Source: Gekko japonicus
Lineage: Eukaryota
Reading direction: 5' to 3'
Length of the DNA: 62,269 nt
Assembly: GCF_001447785.1 (NCBI RefSeq)
Contig: NW_015174285.1
Coordinates: 300,123 to 362,391, forward strand
The position numbers and the translations under genes were made by a program. This document shows positions 26,061 through 39,047 of the stretch, one piece after another; position 1 is the stretch's first letter; every line of letters begins with the position of its first letter. The notes beneath the pieces were generated by a model, which saw only the letters and a program-made list of their open reading frames with translations, did not search any database and was not told the DNA's origin.

Positions 26061-26181
26061 ATGCTAAGACAACGTCTAGTAGATAAGATGGGGAATAACA
26101 TGAATTGGTTTGAATTTATGTCTTCTTTGTTTTCTTTCTCAGAAAGTGAGATGGAGGTGCACTCTCTTTCTGCATGGGGGG

Positions 26182-26664
26182 TGTAAGGAAGACACCAACT
26201 TGTCTGTAAAACAGCAACACTGTAGAACTAAAGGATGGCAGGAGGGGGAGGATTGACCTTGCAAGTCTTTACAGGAACTGTCCGGTTCTCAGCTTTGCAA
26301 GAGCCGCACAGCTGAGATATCTTAATTGACAGCTGCACTGGAGACAGGGAGGGGCAGCATCTTAACAGGTCCTTCCAAAGATAAAATAGCAAAAAGGTGT
26401 AGGGGGAAAGTAGCGCGCGTCTGGTGGGCAGGATGTTTTCCTACCTTGTGGAGTCATTGTAAGTTCCAGTTGATTTTAATTACTCTTTGTATTTTGGCAA
26501 CCCCCTGAAGGATGTGGAATTTCCTTTTTTCCTTGAAGTACTGTTAATTGAGGTTGCCTTTTCTGTTTTTTGATAATAAAAGCACTTTTGTCTGATTTGC
26601 CGAACTGAAGTGTAGACCCTGAAGTTGGGTATTCTGGCAGAGAACCCAAAGCCTGTGTATTACA
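26182..26664 (+). repeat. 3' LTR
   Basis: Copy of 21029-21511, followed by the TSD GATGG. Confidence 0.95.
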
Positions 26665-27834
26665 GATGGGTTCTTACATTTATTGATATTACTGGAAATG
26701 TTTTCTTGGGCTACTGTGCTTGTTGAATCATGTTAGGGAGCCATTTAGTTTCTATTACTTCACGTTCTCTTTTGGGGGGAAATGGTGATTCTTTGCCAGT
26801 CTATTGTATACCCCCCCCTTCTCACTTTGGTTGCTCCTTTAAAAGTTTGCCAATACTATAATGTGCTATTCCAAATTACAGACATCTGTGAGGCTGTTCC
26901 AACCACTACTGAGAGCACTTCTGCCATTGTGGAAGACCTGGATGAAACCAGAATTACAGACACCATGCTGCAAGGTTTGTGCATTCTCATATATTACACA
27001 ATTGTGGCTGGGTGTCTTACTGAATGTAAGGTGCAGAAAACCTAACATGTGTGTGTGTTGCAGTTAGGGTTGGGAAAGAAATTACTTGGAGAAGCTGCTG
27101 CTTTCTGTGAAGGCCATTTGGAGAGAGCATAGTGCCCATCTTTCACTGGATAATCTCCCAGTCAAAATGCAGGACCTCCAGAGCCCACCAAAGGAAACCA
27201 ATAAAATAAAGGAGTCTTTATCTAGATCATCTGTTCACTGTGTCCCTTAATCTACTACATGCTGTTTGGTAGGAGGTTGGTATGATGAAGAACAGAGAAA
27301 CCCAAAAGAATTGGTTTCTACCTTTGATCGCCCCCCCCAAAAAAAAAACCAGCTTGCAGTTCATGAGTGTACTACGTAGTTCTTTTTCTCCATTGGCCAG
27401 GCTATTTTTTCCATTCAGGGGACATTGCTACAAGCATTGGCCAAGCAGTCTTGTCAGAAGGCCCATGCAGAAGGCCTCTACCCCATCTTGTGAATGCCAA
27501 GGTAGTACATTGGGTGTGTTGTTGTAATGATCTGCTGTGTATTCATCGTTGTTCCCATTTCTAGTCATCCCAATGTTTCCTTTTTGTGCCAAGTGCTCCC
27601 CAGTTAATATGCTCTTTATGTATAGTGAGTGGTGTGTGTCGGGTTCCTAGCAATGACGTGCAGCAGGAACTTCCACTGTGCTTTCAGGGAGTGGGGGTGG
27701 GGGAAATTGGCTTCCACAAAACTCCCCCTCCCCAATCTAACTGCATGCTCTTGATGGTTGCTGGCCACTCAGCAACCATTTTGTTTCTCGACAACCGTTC
27801 ATAAGCTTTTGCTTCATGTAGGAGTACAGTGCCG

Positions 27835-28032
27835 TGACCTGGATAGCCCAGGCTAGCCTGCCCTGGTCTCATCAGATCTCAGAAGCTAAGCAGGGTTAGC
27901 CCTTGTTAGTATTTGTATGGGAAACCACCAGGGTCATGACACAGAAGCAGGCAATGGCAAACCACCTTTGAATGTCTCTTGCCTTGAAAATCCCACAGGG
28001 ATAAATCAGCTGTGACTTAATGGCAAAAAAAA
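27835..28032 (+). mobile_element. 5S rRNA-derived SINE (SINE3-type) with RTE-like tail
   Basis: gatctcagaagctaagcagggttagcccttgttagtatttgtatgggaaaccacc matches the 5S internal control region. Tail ggcaaaccacct..gccttgaaaatccc. A second copy lies at 59085-59275. Confidence 0.7.
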
Positions 28033-28539
28033 GAACAAAGAGAATATTTCTAGAGTGCTGACATCACCTCAAAACACATTCCATTTTCAAGTTCTTAGAA
28101 GGGTTTGGCTAGCTGAGAAGTAAACCAGATATAACAATCATGCCCAGGTTACTTCTCTGAAAATTTTCCAAATTCTGTAGCTCCTTAGAACAAAAACACT
28201 TAACAGCCCATCAAGAGGACTAGAACACTGTCCCAGTAGAATACTGATTTTCAGGGAAATTTATCTTGGAGACATCAACAATCATACAAACCATGTTCAG
28301 TTGTCATATTTTTGGCAATCCAGCAGCATGTAAGGGGAGATTTTGCTACATGTGCTCCTCTCAAGATATGTGGTTGCCTTTTTGTGTGACGCATTTTCCA
28401 GCTTTGGTACATGCAATCAGAAACCCAGTTTTTTTAGGGTACATTTTTGCCCTTACTGAAGGTGGGAAATACATACATTGCCATATTCAAATAAAGTGGC
28501 AACCATATATATCACGAGGATTGCAGGTAATACTCTCTT

Positions 28540-29300
28540 CCATTATGCCAGGTTGGAGCACCAAAATTAACACCTGAAAGGGACTACAGATTCTATCAAT
28601 AGAATGTACTTGGATTTTTAAAAAGCTTTGGACCAAATTCCTCACTACACACTTCTGAGAAAACATTGGATAAGAATCTTGATACTTGTATGGACCAAGA
28701 ACTGATAAAAAGCAATCTACAAAGGGGGAGGGGGAACACAAAGGTTCTGAAACAAGCTGTTGATGCTTTTTACCCGAGAAATGACACCTCAAATGATGAC
28801 ATCTAAAATTATAGTCTTTTGTAGAAAGGAAGGGTTAAACAGCTGGGACGTTTCACATGTTGAAAAACTGACGGTAGAAGGAAAGTAACAGAGGTTTATA
28901 AGACCATGAATGGAGAAAGTAGGGAAGTAAATGATTGATTCTCAAAATACATGAAGGAAAAATAAATTTTAAATACATGAAAATAATCGTACAAAAAATA
29001 GACTGTGGGATTTAGACCAAGAAGTCCCCTATTTAGGGAATACATACTTAACGTTTGAATTCTTTGTCACAGGATAGTGTGGGGACTGCTGGCAAAAAAA
29101 AGGTTAAATATATAATTGAATGAAAGTCAATGGCCATTAACCATGATTTCTAGAATTACATCTTCCATGTTCAGAGACTCTATCTATATGTTATATAATA
29201 AACAATAGAAGATGAATAGTTTCACTTGTTTATGAATGTATCTCAGTCAATTTGGTTGGCAACTGTGAGCTACACAGACAACTGGACTGGTCTGATCCAG
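28540..29300 (+). mobile_element. Ancient, highly decayed CR1 LINE fragment
   Basis: Remnants of YLDFxKAFD (tacttggatttttaaaaagctttgg) and a CR1-like 3' end. Confidence 0.55.
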
Positions 29301-30413
29301 TATGCAATATTAACTGTTGTATTCTACACCCACTCTACAATGATAAAATAGGCCTAGTAAAGCAAAGTAAGACCAGGCCCCTTCTAAGAAGAGATTTTCA
29401 GAAAGACCAAACAAAATCTTCCCATCCTGTGGAAAAGCAGCAGAGCATCTCTAGCTTCCAAGTGGGGCAAATCTATGGATTCCATTGAAATGCCAGTGTA
29501 CTAGTACTGAATATGTGCAGTTTAGTTATCAAAGAGGAAATTGCAAGCTCTGTTTGTTTTAGAATGTTAAAGTGCCACTTAGCAGCCCAAGACTCTTACA
29601 GAAAAAACTCCCTCTTCATCTCGTTGATCCAGAGGGGAAAGGTCCCCATTTTCTTCACTAGTTTCTTTCCAATGGAAACCCACAAGAGAGATAAGCACAC
29701 AATCAAAACACTGTTTTACTAGTAAAATTAAAGGAAGCCTGCACATTAACATTTCACAAGCGTTGGCACAAGCACTTCATGTACATTCCCATGCTATCAA
29801 TGACTTAAGGGGGTTACGCTTCCCTTTTGAAATGTATCAATGTTATCTTATCAGAGACGAACAATTTTTCCTAAATTGCCTCCCTTGTCACTGCGGGTGG
29901 CTTTTTTCTTTTTACATTTTGAGAAGTGCTTTATAAACCCAGTCATGCTTTATACGCGTGGCAAAAGGTGTGTGAGAGATGTGGTTTCTGAGTGCTGGAG
30001 GCAATATTTTGCTATGTTCAAAAAGGACAAGTAGTTCTTCTAATAATGGCAGGTGGAAAACAAGTGTCCTGCATGGCATGGGCATTTCCTATTAACCCCA
30101 TAGGAATAACTAGGCTCCCAACCACCCATGATGAACTTATAAATGACAAAATAAAGCTGCTTCTTCCACTAGTCCCATCTTCCTGTATGTGGGATAGCAT
30201 ACATTCATCCATGCCCTGTCTACCCATGACTGTTCACCCCTTGAAGTGATTGTTCACCCCTTGAAAAGGAGAATAAGGAACACATATGAGGGTTAAATAG
30301 TGCCACAGACTTATTCATCATCATCAAAACAACTGGGCTGCCATCTCAGCCACGTAATAGGAACCAATGTACATGACTAGTTGTTTATACTAATGCCAGT
30401 ACAAATTGGTTTG

Positions 30414-30537
30414 TAAGGTAAACGTAAAGGTTCCCTTGCTCGAAAGCCAGTCGAATCCGACTCTAGGGTTGCGGTGCTCATCTCCGTTTCAAAGCCGAAG
30501 ACGTTTCTGTGGTCATGTGGCCAGCATGACTAAACAC
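30414..30537 (-). mobile_element. Sauria SINE 3' fragment
   Basis: Reverse complement of the 14351-14481 sequence. Confidence 0.85.
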
Positions 30538-30644
30538 CATCAATACAAATAGAGATTCATGCTCACAGCTCCTCCAGTTCTATTAGACCAGATCTATCAG
30601 ACTTCGCGAATTCAGTGTTGTTGGGTAAGATTAACCAAGACTGC

Positions 30645-30940
30645 TGTTAAATACTGGGTTCTAGACGCATTGCAGTGATCAGCTCTAGTTTATTAAGTGA
30701 TTTCAGCAAACTCTAAGGACAACTAGCAGGGCTTGAGCCCTGCTTATAAAGCATGCGAACACCACACCCAACACACACCCACTCCCAGTGATAGGCTATT
30801 TACATTACACTACTTATCTATTGGTTAGGTCCAGGACCTTGGCAATCTATTGTTCTAAAGTAGCAAGTAAAGTTCTAAAGTAGCAAACTCAGCCTGTTCC
30901 TGGTACAGCTTGAGGAACGGCTTAGTTTCAATACATAACA
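30645..30940 (-). mobile_element. Solo LTR (TGTTATGTAT...TAACA family)
   Basis: Reverse complement runs tgttatgtattg...gtatttaaca, with CCAAT, TATA and AATAAA in order. TSD ACTGC/ATTGC. Confidence 0.8.
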
Positions 30941-32928
30941 ATTGCTGATGTGGGGGGTGGGAATACAAATTCTTGGGGCCCAATTTAGCTTGATGGCAAA
31001 GTGAAGCTAATCCTGCATTCAACAAAGGCATTCCAGTTTATTTTACTTTTAGTGCAGTTCTGCACTGCATCCACTAGCGGCATAGGCAAGGCAGAACAGA
31101 GCAAATACACAGACATTCTTCCTAGCTGGTGCTGTTTGCCACCCTTTTTTAGGAGTGATTTTAAAAGAAAGCTTTCCATGGCTGCAAATTTTTTGAACTG
31201 CAAGGCTGAAGAAAACATTTTCCTATTGTGAGTCGTTCCTAAGCCCAATAACCAACATGATATGTCTTCATTTCTCTCTCCCTACCATCTAATTTTTCAG
31301 AGTTTTCCTCCCCCTCCTCCCAGCTTTATTCCTTCCCATCCTGACCTTGGCTGAGGAGTTAAAACATACTTAATAGTAGAACAGAAAACCTTTGTGTCAA
31401 GTTAATATTTCCCACAAATCTATGAAAATAGTGAAAGGGTGACCTGCCACACACACCTGTGATCTGTAAATCTGAATTAGAGGTTATAAATGTGGAATAG
31501 TGGATGTTTTAGATGAATGCCTTAGTTTCAGTTTATATAACATGCTGCATAATTAATTCATTGAATAAACTACTATGAGGTGACACCCCTGGTTCAGAAG
31601 GCTTTAAAGGAGGATTAGGCAGATTCGTCATGGAGGTGCAAAGGTCCATGAGTGGCCATTATTCTTTAATCTACTAAGGATCTGTACCTTCAACCTGATC
31701 AGGAGCATGGATTGGGACACTCTGGAAATTATGTTCAGGGTAATTTCAGTTGCCAATCTGGCTCTGCTCTCCTGCTTTCTTTTTTCCTCTTTAAGGAGTC
31801 AGCAGTAGGAAAGGAGTGGATGGGACGGAATGGAATGGGGAGATCTGGAGCTAGTGAAATGTTGGCATCCGGGGACTAGAATTACTTTCTAAAGCAAGTG
31901 TAGGTACAGTAAGACTACACCTTCTGGAGACTTGGCTCACCTGCTACTCTCCCTGAACAGGCTGACTTCTCACATCTCCCCAGTTTTCCTTCCCCCATTA
32001 AGCATTTTGTGAGTCTGCTTTTTTGGAAGGGGAGTAGTAGAAATATTTTAAAAGCCTTTCTGCAATTTAGTACTCATTGAGAGAAATTCAATGGGGCTTA
32101 TTCCCAGGTAACAATTTTTCTGATATGGGGGTGGGGTGGAGGATTAATCTTGGCATGTGAATCCAGCAGAGGTGCCCTTAAAGCTTCGAGGAAGGGACTG
32201 TGAAATAAAACCTGTGCTCAATATCTTTTTTAAATTTATTTTTATTTACAAAATTTATAACTCACCTTTCTGCCCTCCCAAACATACATCATTACAACAA
32301 CTTTTAAAAGAGTTTAAAAACTGAGTCAAAATACATACAAAACAGTTAAAATACATGCAAAACTTTGGTTAGGAAGGAGGAATCATTAAGGGAATGCCAA
32401 ATGAAACAAAAAAGTATTCACTGGCTGGTGGAAGACATCAGCTGAGGAGAGACTGGAGACGTTTCTGTGTCAGCTGACGGATTCTCAGGATATTTTTAGG
32501 CTCTATTGATATGGATCAGCACAGAATAAAGAGGGATTTTCTGGGTTTAATTTTTGAAGGAGTTACATTGTGGTTGCATACTTTGTTCTGTGTTTTATTT
32601 ATGACAGGCCTACAAGGCGAAGGATTCCCAAGTTAGAGTTTTACCTGAATTCAAGAGGCTACATCAACAAACAGCACAGATTGTGGGCTGTACAGAACAA
32701 AAACTCAAATGTGTGTTACAGGACTGAATAATACTGCATACCTTTATGTATATAGATATCTTTGTAGTTGCCTCTCAAGTCCCTCAGAGTACTCTTTAGA
32801 GAATATGCAGTGCTGAAATCACAGGGGCAGAAAGGAAAATGTGCAATATAGGATAGATTGGGGGTGCAGAGAGTGTAGTTCCTGTTCCATTTATCTACCA
32901 TATGTAAACACTGCTATATGGCAAAATG

Positions 32929-33469
32929 TGTAGGCCCTAAGAGATCAGTGTGGGAGTGGAAAGTAGACAGCCTACAATCCCCATAAGGCTTAGCAATGGT
33001 TGTAGCCAATCGGGGTACAGGGGTTGTGTGAGGGAATGGAACTTAAGCTTTGTGGGCCATGAAACTGTGTTCTTTGTTCTTCTGCAGTCTTGCCTCACAC
33101 AGAGTAAAACTGAGGGGACTGGTCTGAGAGAAAGATCCCTCACTTGGGACAGAGTGAGTACAGGCAGGAGACCTGGTATAAGAGGGCTGTGGGCCTTGAA
33201 GCAGTAACCAGTTAAGTGAACTACGTAGTCATGTTAGGTTCGTTTATTTTTGCCTTTAAACACTGTTATACATTTTAAAGCACCTTGTCTTGTTTTCCTT
33301 GCCCCAGTACTGTGTTAATAAACCATTTGTTTAAGTGTTCCCTGCCTGGTCATCACGCCTATGTTCTTGGCTTAAAAAGGGTATTTTGGAGGGTACTCTG
33401 GGCCCTCTCAAGTGACCCGAAGTCCAGAGTGGTGGCAGCTGAAGGGGGAGACCCACTGGGGTCATGACA
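32929..33469 (+). mobile_element. Solo LTR-like element
   Basis: TG...CA ends, CCAAT, TATAA at about 33177 and AATAAA at about 33317. Flanked by a 12-bp near-perfect direct repeat. Confidence 0.7.
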
Positions 33470-33897
33470 TATCGCAAAATGAAACATAACTGAAGAAACA
33501 TGGAAAGAGTACAAAAAGACAATCTAGTTATTTCAAATACAATTATTTCAAATTCAGTGATGCCTATTCCAGACCTTATGCATCTAATGAATAAATAGTC
33601 CAGTCTCACAAAAGCTTTCCAAACTTGAACAGGAGGCCTTGGGCCCGTTCCCTGTTTGATTCCTGTCAACTGTGTGTGCGCGGGGACTATTAATAGAGAT
33701 TTAATCAGACGTTATTTAGTAGGTGATATTATTTACCTCTATGCCATGAAAAGCTTCAGCTGCCCATTTCCACACATTGTCTTATTTAAAGGGACCAGAA
33801 ATATTTCTGCAGAGATGTTTGGTGAAATGCCGTTTAGTGAGCGCCCTTGTTCCATGGTGTCTCCATCTTGGACAGTGGTGCATCATCTGTCTTTACG

Positions 33898-33928
<31 letters not shown>

Positions 33929-33933
33929 AACAG

Positions 33934-34202
33934 AGAAGAAGAAGAGACTGGATTTATACTCTGCCATTCACTAACCGAAGGAGTCTCAGAGTGGTTTATA
34001 ATCCCTTTCCCTTCCCCTCAACAGACACCCTGTGAGGTAGGTGGGGCTGAGAGAGCTCTCCTGAGAACTGCCCTTGAGAGAACATCTCTGAAAGAATTTA
34101 TGACTGACCCAAGGTCACACCAGCAGCTGCATGTGAAGGAGTGGGGGATCAAACCCTGTTCTCCCAGATTAGAGTCTGCGCTCTTAACCACTACACCAAA
34201 AA
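33934..34202 (-). mobile_element. Squam3-type SINE (preceded by a (GA)n microsatellite at 33897-33921)
   Basis: Family consensus match. Confidence 0.85.
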
Positions 34203-35304
34203 CTGGTGAGTGTATGGTCTGTGTGCCCTTCTGGGGCACTAGGTCCATGGCAGCTACCCAAGATAGAGCTACCCAATCTATCTATTACTGCTCATACAGC
34301 TATAGCCTTGACATGAAAATAAAATAATACCTTACTTGATTCTTCTGCTGCTCTTTAATTATTGCCCCTAAATTTTTTGCCACAGAGTAACAGAATCATT
34401 TGTATCTGATAATAACCACGTCACCTCTGCCCTCGTACTATCAGGTGCCTCGTTAGACCTTTCCATCATTTGGAGTAAAGGAGTAATTAAACTGCCCCAC
34501 AACTCATAAAATATAGGACACTCCATAATTATATTCCATTTCAAATTGGATTCTTCCTCATAAATATTCTACTTTACATATAGAAGGATGGACATGCAGA
34601 CATGAGGCCCTTTAAGAATTCATTAAAAACATATTTATGTACTTACTAGAACTTGTTTGCTGACTTCTTGTTTTCACAATCCATTCAGAAAGTAATTCTC
34701 AAACTGAACAGCCAAGCTGAAAATATCCAGTTCATTAAGATACACATATTCACAAGGCAACTTCTTGATTTGTTTTAATGTAAAAATTATATCTAATATA
34801 TTTTGATAGCTTTTTTCACAGCTACAACTTTGTCAGTTTGCATATCCATATCATATCCTGTCTTGGTGAGTGTAGGTCTGTATGCCTTTTTGCACAGTTA
34901 CCTAAGGCAGAAATACAGACCTGGAATGCTTGTGTTCCTTGCAGCATTCCTTTTGTATCACTCTCATACTCTTCCTTAGCTGCCTTGGAAATGTTTTAAT
35001 TGAAGATATGGGATGTGAATATTTCAAAACAACAAATTAGACTCAATATATACCATATATATACACCATATATCCCAGGCCTATAGTGGGAAGATGCTGT
35101 CTTCCTTTTAAAAGGAGTTCATAACTAGACTTTAGGTTTTAGCCCTGCAACCTATCTTCATGCACACAAAAGCATTTTTTTCTACTGAAGAGAAGAAAGC
35201 ACCAGTTAAGTGAGTCGTCTGTGCAAACACTTGGCTGTGGCTCTTTTGCAAAATAATGATGTGGCAGAGTTTGGCCAGGACATTTGCCTGGTCAAAAATG
35301 AGTA

Positions 35305-35780
35305 AATCTTTTTTAAAAAATACTTTATTTAGTTATTTTTTTAGTATACAGCCAAAAGCACTTTTATACATATATATTCATGTTTTTGAGGCCTTACACA
35401 TGATATATTTTTTCCCACCATTTATACACTCTCAACCACTTTCTTTGGAATATTGTTTAATCTTTGCCACGTAATAACATTGTTAGTTTATCCAGTTCTC
35501 CTATTTCCATCAATTTCTTTGCTATTTCTATTCTAGAGGGTAGTTTTTCTGTTTTCCAGCACCTTGCTACCATTATTCTTGATGAGGTTAAGATGTATGT
35601 TAGTAAGTATTTATCGTCTTGGTCAAAATTATCTGGGATAATATTTAACAGATATGTTTCAGGTACCAATTTTAGGTTCACATTCATTATTTCTAATATC
35701 ATTTGTTTAACAGTTTTCCAAAATGTTTGCATGTTACAACATTTCTACCACATATGTATAAACGTTCCTAAAATATATAT
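35305..35780 (-). mobile_element. L1-clade LINE 3' fragment
   Basis: ORF2 C-terminus: TFWKTVKQMILEI..LLNIIP..SRIMVARCWK..P.., with an A-rich 3' end. Confidence 0.75.
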
Positions 35781-35957
35781 GAGTTAATCTATTGACCCTT
35801 TAAATGTTGTTAAATAACAGACAAGTATTTTTTAAATATTAACTTTTATGAGAACAACAAAAAGGTTCTTATTCATCAAAGGGTTTGAGACACACACAAA
35901 TTACAAAAACACACGAGTTAACCTGTATACTGGTATGTATACTGGTATACTTCTGAC

Positions 35958-36296
35958 CAGGGCTTTTTTGTAGAAAAAGCCCAGCAGGAACTCATTAGCA
36001 TAATAGGCCACACCCCATGTCTTTCCTTGGCTTGCCAGGGTGCCCTGCGGCTGTGCGGAGCCCAGACAAGCTGGCCCTTGGACAGGCCGGGGAAGGTGCG
36101 GGGAGTCATTTAAATGCCGCCCCGATCCTTCCAGGGGGCCCTGGCCTGCCCGCCTCGGAGTTGCTGGAGGGGGGGTTGATCTCCAGGCCCTCTCTCTGTA
36201 GCCACACATGCAGAGGTTTTGGCTGTAGTGGGCGTGGCCAACTCTGAAGCCAGCCGGAACTCCGTTCTTGTGCGTTCCTGCCCAAAAATAGCCCTG
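35958..36296 (+). mobile_element. Non-autonomous hAT MITE (CAGGGCT TIR), GC-rich interior
   Basis: TIRs cagggctttttt / aaaaatagccctg. Perfect TSD CTTCTGAC. Confidence 0.92.
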
Positions 36297-38559
36297 CTTC
36301 TGACTACTACAGGGTTAGGGCACAAGCAGCCCTAACAGCTGAATACCCTGATTTTGAGGTTTCAAGGAATAATTGATCATGGCCAAATAATAGGTGGTCA
36401 GTTGACAATATCTGACTGGTCAATTAACAGTGCAATCCAAAGCATTTAGAAGGGGTAACTCTGTTTAAAATTACACTGTTAATTAATCTGTCAACCCTAA
36501 GCAAAGGTCTGTGCAAGGGTTGTCAAAGAATCAGATCAAAATCTGGCTATGCAGGAAGCTCAATTACCCCCCTCCCTTTTGATGGTAAGGTAAGGCATTC
36601 TTTCTACAATCCCAGATAATCCCTATTATTTTTAAAAGGAGTCAGCTTGTTAAAAATATCATTGCTTGTGAGTGTAATTCTCAGCTCCTCCACTGGCAAA
36701 CTGTCTAACAAAACTAACTTTATCATAGTTTATGAACAGAAATGTAGGTGTGTCTCTAAATGTGGAAACTTATGATAGGGTATGATGGAGAAAATCTACT
36801 GCATAAAATAAACACCCTCTTCCTGGCTTCCTACGTAAACTGCTGATGAAAGTTTTCCTGAGGTAGCTAACATAAACTAATCTGGAAACTAGGTATGGTA
36901 ACAGGAGTTGTTGGCAGGTTGATACCTGTGATTGCATTGCTGTAGGAGCTAAGACTTTAACTGGGTCTTTAGAGAGCTTGCTAACCTTTGTAGGCCACTG
37001 TCTTGCACAAAGTTATTCATAGGGATCATTTAATCCAGGATCCTGCCATAATATCAAATTTATAAACCATCCATGACAAACTGTTAGCCAGGTTTTCTTT
37101 GAAAACTACTAAGGAATGCAAAAACCTTCTATCGCCCATAACAGCTTGCTTCATTGCTGCACTTCTCTCACTGTTATCAGTATTTTTCTTAACATTCCAT
37201 ATACCTTCCTGGAGTTTAACTCATTGTCAGCTAGTATTCTCTTTTAAAAATATTGTTTAAATATCTGAAAACTGTCAACACATTATCTGATCCTCCTCTA
37301 AAAAGCCCAGCTCCTTCAAAGATCCCCTACTGTCATTCAAGCAGAAGGCCGTTTCTCATTAAATACCCAGACCACTTAACTTTATTTTCTATACCTGGAT
37401 TTTGAATGTATTCATTGTTTTATTTAACTGTTAGCTTTTTCCAGCAAGTGAATACAAAGCAAAGTATAAAATACACCTTTTTAAAAAAAACTACAATATG
37501 AGGTTAACAAAAAAAATCAAAAACAAATTAAATACATTAAAACAATTAACAACATTTTGAAATCAGAAACTAGGGAACACCTGTGAAATTGTCTTTTGGC
37601 AGTATTCAGCAGCAGTTAGCCAGATGAATCAATTTAATTTACATTAATGGGAGCTGAATGTGTTTAACTAATCACACCCTATGGCATTTCCAGCTTCTCT
37701 AGAATCTGAACAGGAAATGAATTTAAAACAATCAGATTTGGATGCCACTGTGAGCAAGAAAGATACTGTTCTCTCCCCCCGCCCTGCTGTCCATTAGATT
37801 TGACTGCCTAATAACACATGTCCTCATGCTAAACACTCCAATAGAACAAGATAGTATAGTCTATAGTGGCCATCAGCTGAACCTAATGAAGAGTGTCTCG
37901 ACAGAGCTCATCTTTGCAATGAAAACATATCTCTTCTGCAAAAATCTCTGACCTAGGAAGAGAGGCAGAAGAATTTGTGTGTGAAAAGTACACAGAGCAA
38001 ATGCTTGTTACAGTAAGGGCCAGAGGCATGTTGCATTTCCAGGGTTTAAAAAATATTCAGTTCTACTGCAATTTAATTAATCCCAAGGGATTTGTTTACT
38101 TTCCTTTTGTGCCTGAAGGGGAACTGTAGCAAAAGGGTTTATCATGCATCAACATAAATGCTGCTGCTTTGAGAGCCTGCCAGCCTACTGTAGCCCTACT
38201 GTGAGCTATGGAATATATGGAGAATCCGAATAGTCAAGCCTTAAAGATTGACTTTGCAGTCACATTTATTCCCTCTGCACTGTCCCCCCCATTGTTTATG
38301 TATTTGTGTATTATATATGCATTCTGCATCTACAAGCAAAACTCACATTTTTGTGCTAACTGGCTGCTTTGTCTAAGATGAAGAGAAAGGCAAAAATCTT
38401 TTTTTTTTATAACCCCCCCAAAGGGGGTATTTTTTTTATTTGCATTTCTAAAAAACTACAAAATTACCACATGAAAAGGGGAGGAGAGACTATATACTAA
38501 AGGAGAAAGAAAAAAGAAGGCACTAAAAGCCCAAGTGTTGGAGGTTACAAATTGCTTAA

Positions 38560-38978
38560 GAAAAGACTTGTATGACATATATAGCTAGGATACTGTATGC
38601 AAAACATTGGAAAAAAGAAGAATGCCCAACAAAAGAAGAAATGATTTATAAACTTTTAGAAGCAGCAGAAATGGGACAATTTGACTTTACAACTACAAGA
38701 TTAAAAAAGAAGAAACTTTTAAGAATAACTGGCTGAGAATATATACATGGATAGAAAAGTATATTGGAACATTGGTATAATATACTCATGCAAGTTAATA
38801 TTTCAACAAACTTTGGTGCATATGTGTAAGATTCGAGGATAATATGTGAAACTAAACCAGAGACTACAGTATAAGCTCCAATATGTGTTTACTGTTCTGT
38901 ATTGTGATTTGTAAGGTGTTTTCTTTCTTTATCTTGGTTTGTAATCTATATTTCTAAAACTATGTTTAAAAAAAGAGA
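38560..38978 (+). mobile_element. L1-clade LINE 3' fragment
   Basis: ARILYAKHWKKEECPTKEEMIYKLLEAAEM, similar to the 35305-35780 fragment. A-rich end. Confidence 0.65.
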
Positions 38979-39047
38979 AATTCTTGGAGTTTTGGCACTG
39001 GAGCCCCGGGAAGGCAGGGTTTAAGAGGGAACAGACTAAATGGGCTA

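Larger units (their letters stand above)
21029..26664 (+). mobile_element. Gmr1-type Ty3/gypsy LTR retrotransposon, both LTRs present but coding-defective
   Basis: Two 483-bp TG...CA LTRs (21029-21511, 26182-26664) and a 5-bp TSD GATGG on both sides. tRNA-Leu-like PBS TGGTGGCA.. at 21512 and a G-rich PPT. Order is gag-[gap]-IN-RT-RNaseH. Confidence 0.95.

Noticed and set aside
27870-27930. 5S rRNA gene
   Set aside because: Partial, diverged and fused to a retroposon tail.
33656-34327. 223-aa ORF (also the 175-aa ORF at 1572-2099)
   Set aside because: Reads through an antisense Squam3 SINE and a microsatellite; the same peptide recurs at every SINE copy.
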